Shown here one piece after another: positions 43,522 through 64,000 of a stretch of 64,000 nt of DNA. Position 1 is the first letter of the stretch, and every line of letters begins with the position of its first letter. Source of the DNA: the human T2T-CHM13v2.0 reference genome, Homo sapiens. Made by a program: the position numbers and the translations under genes. Location: NCBI RefSeq assembly GCF_009914755.1, contig NC_060935.1; one strand, written 5' to 3'. The notes under the pieces were generated by a model, which was not told where the DNA came from, did not search any database, and worked only from the letters and a program-made list of their open reading frames with translations.

Positions 43522-44883
43522 TGAGAGGTGACAGCGTGCTGGCAGTCCTCAGAGCCCTCGCTCACTCTCGGGGCCTCCTCTGCCTGGGCTCCCACTTTGG
43601 CGGCACTTGAGGAGCCCTTCAGCCCGCCGCTGCACTCTGGGAGCCCCTTTCTGGGCTGGCCAAGGCCGGAGCCCGCTCCCTCAGCTTGCGGGGAGGTGTG
43701 GAGGGAGAGGCGCAGGCGGGAACCCAGGCTGCGTGCGGCGCTTGCGGGCCAGCGCGAGTTCCGGGTGGGCGTGGGCTGGGCGGACCCCGCGCTCGGAGCA
43801 GCCGGCCGGCCCTACCAGCCCTGGGCAGTGAGGGGCTTAGCGCCCGGGCCGGCAGCTGCTGTGCTCAATTTCTCGCCGGGCCTTAGCTGCCTTCCCGCGG
43901 GGCAGGGCTGGGGACCTGCAGCCCGCCATGCCTGAGACTCCCCCCACTCCGTGGGCTCCCGTGCGGCCCGAGCTTCCCCGACGAGAGCCGCCCCCTGCTC
44001 CACGCGCCCAGTCCCATCGATCACCGAAGGGCTGAGGAGTGAGGGCGCAGGGTGCACAGCCCCGGTGCGGGATCCACTGGGTGAAGCCAGCTGGGCTCCT
44101 GAGTCTGGTGGGGACGTGGAGAACCTTTATGTGTAGCTAAGGGATTGTAAATACACCAGTCGGCACTCTGTATCTAGCTCAAGGTTTGTAAACACACAAG
44201 TCAACACCCTGTGTCTAGCTCAGGGTTTGTGAGTGCACCAATCGACACTCTGTATCTAGCTACTCTGGTGGGGACTTGGAGAACCTTTGCGTCGACACTC
44301 TGTATCTAGCTAATCTGGTGGGGACGTGGAGAACCTTTGTGTCTAGCTCAGGGATTGTAAACGCACCAATCAGCACCCTGTCAAAACAGACCACTGGGCT
44401 CTACCAATCAGCAGGACGTGGGTGGGGCCAGATAAGAGAATAAAAGCAGGCTGCCCGAGCCAGCGGTGGCAACCCGCTCGGGTCGCCTTCCACACCGTGG
44501 GAGCTTTGTTCTTTCTCTCTTTGCAATAAATTTTGCTGCTGCTCACTCTTTGGGTCCAGACTGCCTGAAGAGCTGTAACACTCACCGTGAAAGTCTGCAG
44601 TTTTTCTCCTGAAGCCAGCGAGACCACGAACCAACCGGGAGGAACGAACAACTCCAGACACACCGCCTTAAGAGCTGTAACACTCACCGCGAAAGTCTGC
44701 AGCTTCGCTCCTGAGCCAGCAAAACTACGAACCCACCAGAAGGAAGAAACCGCGAACACATCCGAACATCAGAAGGAACAAACTCCGGACACACCGCCTT
44801 TAAGAACTGTAATGCTCACCGCGAGGGTCAGCGGCTTGATTCTTGAAGTCAGTGAGACCAAGAACCCACCAATTCCAGACACA
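43522..44883 (+). mobile_element. LTR12 (LTR12C/E-like; ERV9) solo LTR
   Basis: Begins TGAGAGGTGACAGCGTGCTGGCAG and ends CCAATTCCAGACACA. 4-bp TSD TAGC (43518-43521 and 44884-44887). Tandem CTCTGTATCTAGCT/CCAATC repeats, AATAAAA TATA-like box ~44438 and U5 repeats. Inserted in an Alu (43418-43521 + 44888-45070). Confidence 0.95.
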
Positions 44884-45913
44884 TAGCTATACCCCACTCT
44901 CCACAAAACACTGAAAAATTAGCCAGGGATGGTAACACACACTTGTAGTAGTAGCCACTCTGGAGGCTGAGGCTGGGATTGCTTGAGCCCATGAGTGTGA
45001 GACTGCAGTGAGGTGTGGTTATACTACTGCATTCAGCCTGGGCAACAGAGTGAAACCCTGTCTCTGCAAACCAACAGCACTGCCTTGGAAATTCAAACCA
45101 ATGCAATAAAATATAGAACAAAAATAAGAGATAATTATTAGAAAAGAGAAAACAAAATTATCGTTACTTGCAGAGTATACAGTTAAGTCTACAAGAGTTT
45201 GGTGACTAGACACAAAATACAAATTAATAGTTTTCCATAAAGAGTAACAAAAATCACAGGAAATGCCAAAGAAAAATACAAGTTTATGGTGAACCTACTA
45301 TGCACTTAACTTGATCCTTCAAAAAATGAGATGTGTGAGATGACTCAATTGTTAGAAATGATTTCTGGAATGCCTGAGGTCAAGGCTTCTGCCCCAGACA
45401 CGCTTGACTGGCTCCACCACTTTGCCTATGGTCTGTTCACTTGCCAAGCCTAGTTTTGATTATCACTACTCCTCACTGACAGCAGGAAACACAACTGAGC
45501 AATCTGCGATTGTCTTTCCTCTGATCACACCAGTTGGTCCCAAGGGAGTTCATGGGTCACAGCCCAGCAGCCCCTTTGTGTGCTTTCACCTGTGTTGGAT
45601 TGCTACCTGTTTGTTGGAGAAGGTTGCTTTCCAGCCTGTTTTAAACCAACAGTGGCCTTTTGCCATCATCTTCCCCCATGTTTATAATTTGGCTTGATGG
45701 CTAGCTGAACAATAATAGGGAAAATGACAAAAGAACATAATAGGGATGGAAGAGAAAAACAGTTGTATACTTTGGGCCAGTGGTTTGCTTGCTTTCCTTA
45801 CAAACAGGAACAGAGAAGTAGTACTGGGAAGGAAAATGGAAAGAGAAAAACAAAAACAAACACAAAACCTTTAGTAGAGTAGGCTAAGAAGATATGAATG
45901 ATTCGTGTTTTAA

Positions 45914-54407
<8,494 letters not shown>

Positions 54408-54820
54408 CATCCTGCTTTCATCCTTTGTCAACAAACTCAGGTCCCTGCCAACCTCCTCTCTCTCCAGTCTTCTCCATGCTTTCACATCTTACACATGATG
54501 CTAGACTCAAAGCCAAGCAGAACATTAATTTAGAAATCAAATGTGACATAATAGTACAAATGGCTTAGTAATAAATATATCATGCTTATTTTTAAAATAG
54601 GTTTATTGTTTTTCAATTATATTTGTAGTGTCAATCATAAGAGAAAATAGAGGAAATGTTTTAAAGAAATAAGGAGGTAACAACATCACCATCCAATGTG
54701 AAAAACAGTAACTTTCGGGGATATTTCTTTGCAAGATTTTTGGATGGCTTTCAAGTAGTTGTAATCATTTTGAATAGGTAATTTGTTTAACTTAATGTCA
54801 TAGTACAAACTTTTTCCATG

Positions 54821-55396
<576 letters not shown>

Positions 55397-55623
55397 TTAT
55401 AGCCACATAATATTGTAAGGTTACCATGAAAGATTTAAGACATACTAAAAGATAAAAAGAATAATAGAATGAACATCCATGTATCCCACAGAGCTTAAGA
55501 AATAAAACATTATCAGTGCAGCTGATACCCTCTGTGTAATCCTCATTTGCAGCATCCTCCATCTCTAACATATGTAACGACTTTCTGAAATTTGGTGATT
55601 ATTCAGCCCATGCATTTCTTTAT

Positions 55624-55820
<197 letters not shown>

Positions 55821-57077
55821 TAGTAGAGACGGGGTTTCACCGTGTTGCCCAGGCTGGTCTCGAACTCCCAAACTCAGGCAGTCTGCCTGCCTCACCTCCC
55901 AAAGTGCTAGGATTACAGGCGCGAGCCACCACGCCCAGCCTACTCTTTATACTTTTACCACATATGTATGTATTGCTAAGTAATATGTAATATTTGCATG
56001 TCTCAAGCTTTATATAATTAGTATCATGAAATGTATAAAGTATTCTACAACTTGCTTTTATTTCCTTCTCAGCATTATGATTATGGAAGTTGTCCATGTT
56101 GATTCATATTTGCTCAAATAAATATTTAATAAACATCATATCTATTTATATAAATATATCCTCAAATAAATATATAATAATTTATCTTGTGTTCTCCTAC
56201 TGTTCAATATTCAGGTGGTTTGCAACCATAAATAATATTTTGACAAATGTCTTTCTGCATAATGTATATTTTTTTTCTCATTTAGGATCATTCCCTAAGT
56301 ATAGATTCCAGAAGTTAAATTACCAAAAAGCATGAACATTTTTAAGATCCTTGCATATACTTACTGCCACACTGGAGGATTGTACAAACTTTATATTGCC
56401 ACCAAACATATATCAGTTCCTTGTTTTATCACATACTTAGAAGCTTTGGATGATGTCACTAGTTCTTTCTTTAACTTTGGCTAATTTGCTTAGCAAAAAC
56501 TGGTATACTCATTTCTGGTGAAGTTGAAATTGAATAACTTTTCCATGTTATCTGTTAATCATATTAACTGCTTTGTCTTTTCATGCCTTTTGCCCATCAG
56601 CACTGTTGGAGACAGTGTTTTATCTTAATAGCTTTTTTATGTAACACTGTACTAACTCTTGTCAAATTAGCTACAAATATTTTTCCTAGTTTTTTGTACC
56701 TAGTTTAATTTCTAAATAATGTCTATATGTATATAATTAAAGGGTCTGATAAAAATTCTGTTATGTCAACTTGCTTATATGGCTGGCATACATATAATAG
56801 CATAGGACAGTATGATTGTTAAATCATTACTATATCATTAAATTTACAAATGCATATGCGAATTTGAAATTGGCTAAATTTTTTGATTCTCTTAATAGTC
56901 TTGACTCATCCAATTCCCAGAATAGCGTTGACGGAACTGCTAAATGTTGACCTCCATGATATTTGTAAAGAATAGGCAGCCTTCAATAGTCTACGGAGAG
57001 CTTTCATTTATGTTTTCTTTCCTTCATTTATTTTTATGTCCTTCTAAGAAAATAATTAGCAATTCAAGTTTAAATGA

Positions 57078-57517
<440 letters not shown>

Positions 57518-58183
57518 TAAAGATTTGACCTTTAAAAACATTCAAGACATAGGTTGAGTGAATCAGTGAGTCTACTCTGAGAAGAAGAATAAAAATAGGT
57601 AGTCATTTATTCACCATTCTCACACCTCCTCTGCTATGAAGAGTGTCCTAGGACTTAGAAGTCTCCTTTGAAGGCTTATGGAATTAATATAGCTGTTAGC
57701 AGGTCAAAGCAACTCTCAATCTAACAAGAAATATTTATTGAACACTTGTTCTATGTCCAGGCCTGAGGCAGATGCTGAAAAATACAGGAAGAATGAATAG
57801 CAGTCCTTCTAGAAAGAGCAGAAAGGGGAAGAGAATGGTGAAAAACAAAGCTGTAGGTCGGCAAGCCAGGTTATATAATGATCTTTCATGATCTGGTAAA
57901 GAATATGGACTTTGTTTCATAGCGATCGACAGCCTTAAAATATTTTTTCTTTTATTTTGCCCATCCCGTAGACCAATAGGCATCTTTAAAATACATGAAC
58001 ATGTTTGGTATCACCTTTGTTATATCTGCAACACCATGAATCTAATCAAATAATAAAATGTCATTGGCCAGGTGCAGTGGCTCATGCCTGTAATCACAGG
58101 GCTTTGGGTGGCTGAGGCAAGAAGATTACTTGAGCCAGGAGTTTAAGACCACCCTGGGCAACATAGTGACACCCTGTCTCTGC

Positions 58184-58215
<32 letters not shown>

Positions 58216-58740
58216 AAAATTGAAAAATTAGCTGAGTGTGGTGGAGCACACCTGTAGTCCCAGCTATCAGGGGGTGGGAGTGGGGGTGAGGCAGGAGGAT
58301 TGCTCTTGCCGTGGAGGTCTAGGCTGCAGTGCACTATGATCACGCCACTGCTTTCCAGCCTGGGCAACAGAGCAAGACCCTGTCTCTAAAAATAAAAAAT
58401 AAAATAATAAAATGTCATCATTTCTTCTTGAATAAAAGATGCATATTAGAAAGATAATTCAAAAGGAAGTGTAGAAAATGGCCTGGATAGAGGAGCTATG
58501 GATGGAGGATGACTACTGGGAGACGGATAACAATAGTCCACGCAAGATATAGGAAGAAGGTTGATGTTACACAACGTCATGCTATGCACTGCAGGGAATA
58601 CGAAGCTGAACAAGACACAGCCCCTGCTGTCAAGGATGGATGAATGAAAATGCCAACTTCATGCTTGTTAACCCTAACATAGTCCCCCTGGAGACAGTGA
58701 TATAGAAAGATATGGATAAGAGAAGATAGGCTTATATTAA

Positions 58741-58836
<96 letters not shown>

Positions 58837-58942
58837 TGAGGTCAGGAGTTCGAGATCAGCCTGGGCAACACAGTGAAACCCCGTCTCTACTAAAAATACA
58901 AAATTAGCCGGGTGTGGTGACACATGCCTGTAATCCCAGCTA

Positions 58943-59113
<171 letters not shown>

Positions 59114-59758
59114 TCATTTCCCATGTCTTTATATAATCAATTTATACACCCCGCTGTTTGTGTTTTGGCCAGCCATACAAAACAAGGCAACAGGAACAAT
59201 GCAGTCAGCAGTTGCCTGGACTTGTTAGCGGATGTGATTTCAGTAACTAACTACTTGCTGACTCAGAGACAGAGGAAAGCAAAAATCTCCTCTCCCTGTT
59301 CTGTGGCCAGCCAAGTGATTATGAGGCTGTCAAAGTCCACAGTGATGGGGACTCCTTATAGTGCTCAGCTTGTTCCTTTGCTGTGTCACTGGTTAACCTG
59401 GACTGAAGTTTCATTCTAAACATAAAGAGATGGCCGGGTGCCGTGGTTCATGCCTGCAATCCCAGCACTTTGGGAGGCTGAGGTGGGCGGATCACCTGAG
59501 GTCAGGAGTTCAAGACCAGCCTGACCAACATGGAAAAACCCTGACTCTACTAAAAAATATATAAAAATTAGCCGGGCGTGGTGGTGGGTGCCTGTAATCC
59601 CAGCTCGTCAGGAGGCTGAGAGAGAGAATTGCTTGAATCCGGGAGATAGAGGTTGCAGGAGGCTGAGGCAGAGAATTGCTTGAATCCGGGAGGTAGAGGT
59701 TGCAGTGAGCCGAGATCGCACCACTACACTCCAGCCTGGGTGACAGAGCGAGACTTCA

Positions 59759-60037
<279 letters not shown>

Positions 60038-60309
60038 TCACCTAATCACTCGGGTGCTCCACAGAGTGAGCTGGAAGCAGAGTTACTGCAGCGCTCTCCC
60101 CCAGCCCTATTAATCAGCACAAACACCCAGCACAGAGCCAGTCCACAGTAGAAAAGGATGGGATTTGGAACTAGATAGGGTTGAATACTGGCTTTGTCAG
60201 GCTGAATGACCTCCTGCAAGTTAGTTAACCTCTTGCAACCACAAGTTTCTCACCTCTAAAACAGTGGTTATGAAATGCCCACACACATGTATTCAAAATA
60301 ATAGATGTA

Positions 60310-61152
<843 letters not shown>

Positions 61153-61227
61153 TAAAAACCCACCAGCACATAGGAGGCTCTCAATATTGTAGCAAATAGC
61201 TGACATTTAGTACATGCTTATTGGTAA

Positions 61228-61535
<308 letters not shown>

Positions 61536-61829
61536 TGACCCTGTGATCCACCCGCCTCAGCCTCCCAAAGTGCTGAGATTACAGGCATGAGCCACCGGCT
61601 CAAAGCAGTGTTTCAGAAACTTAAGTCTTTCAAATGCCACTTTCACTATTTTTTTTTTCCATAATGGCTACTTACCACCTGTACAATCAATTGTTAACCT
61701 AACGTTTTTATTTAAACCCACTTGGTTTTTAAAAAACTTATAAATGAGGCCAGGTGCTGGTGGTTCACACCTGTAATCCTAGCACTTTGGAAGACCAAGG
61801 CAAGTGGATCACTTGAGCTCAGGAGCTCA

Positions 61830-62036
<207 letters not shown>

Positions 62037-62133
62037 TTAGGCCAGGCACAGTGGCTCACGCCTGTAATCCCAGCACTTTGGGAGGCCGAGGCGGGCGGAT
62101 CACGAGGTCAGGAGATCCAGACCATCCTGGCTA

Positions 62134-62373
<240 letters not shown>

Positions 62374-62396
62374 CTATGGTAAATGGAAAGTCACTA

Positions 62397-63983
<1,587 letters not shown>

Positions 63984-64000
63984 TGATCTGCCGGTCTTGG

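Noticed and set aside
44100-44830. Regularly spaced repeats that superficially resemble a CRISPR or other array
   Set aside because: These are the standard U3 enhancer and U5 tandem repeats of LTR12; there are no unique spacers and the context is eukaryotic.
45300-45800. Unique, mRNA-like stretch as a possible further pseudogene
   Set aside because: I could not recognise a parent gene, poly(A) or TSD; a BLAST search would be needed.

Overview
This is human (primate) euchromatic DNA, very dense in Alu elements, with no intact spliced protein-coding exon that I can identify. A CpG island at ~23.7-25.6 kb is a bidirectional promoter. On the + strand it carries a 147-aa ORF that I recall as the putative LINC00167/PRDM10-DT (C11orf37) product; the likely transcript is single-exon with AATAAA at 27483. 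On the - strand there is a non-coding first exon (donor GTAAGT at 24742-24747) that by that context is PRDM10 exon 1, so 1-24747 would be PRDM10 intron 1 (11q24.3, recalled from memory, not searched). The intergenic half holds a degenerate C2H2 zinc-finger pseudogene (30.6-31.85 kb), a THE1 solo LTR, a solo LTR12 (ERV9) inside an Alu, an ELOB retrocopy with an intact 118-aa ORF, and an RPL10 processed pseudogene inside a Tigger3 element. Most ORFs in the track are Alu artefacts. I see no novel multi-gene system. The best leads are: (1) a near-perfect PRDM10-type binding motif in PRDM10's own promoter island (possible autoregulation); (2) the intact, CpG-rich ELOB retrocopy; (3) an RPL10 pseudogene that has gained rather than lost G/C and CpG; (4) two locally templated insertions inside one MER2; and (5) a ~40-bp polyadenylated retroposed LTR-like fragment.
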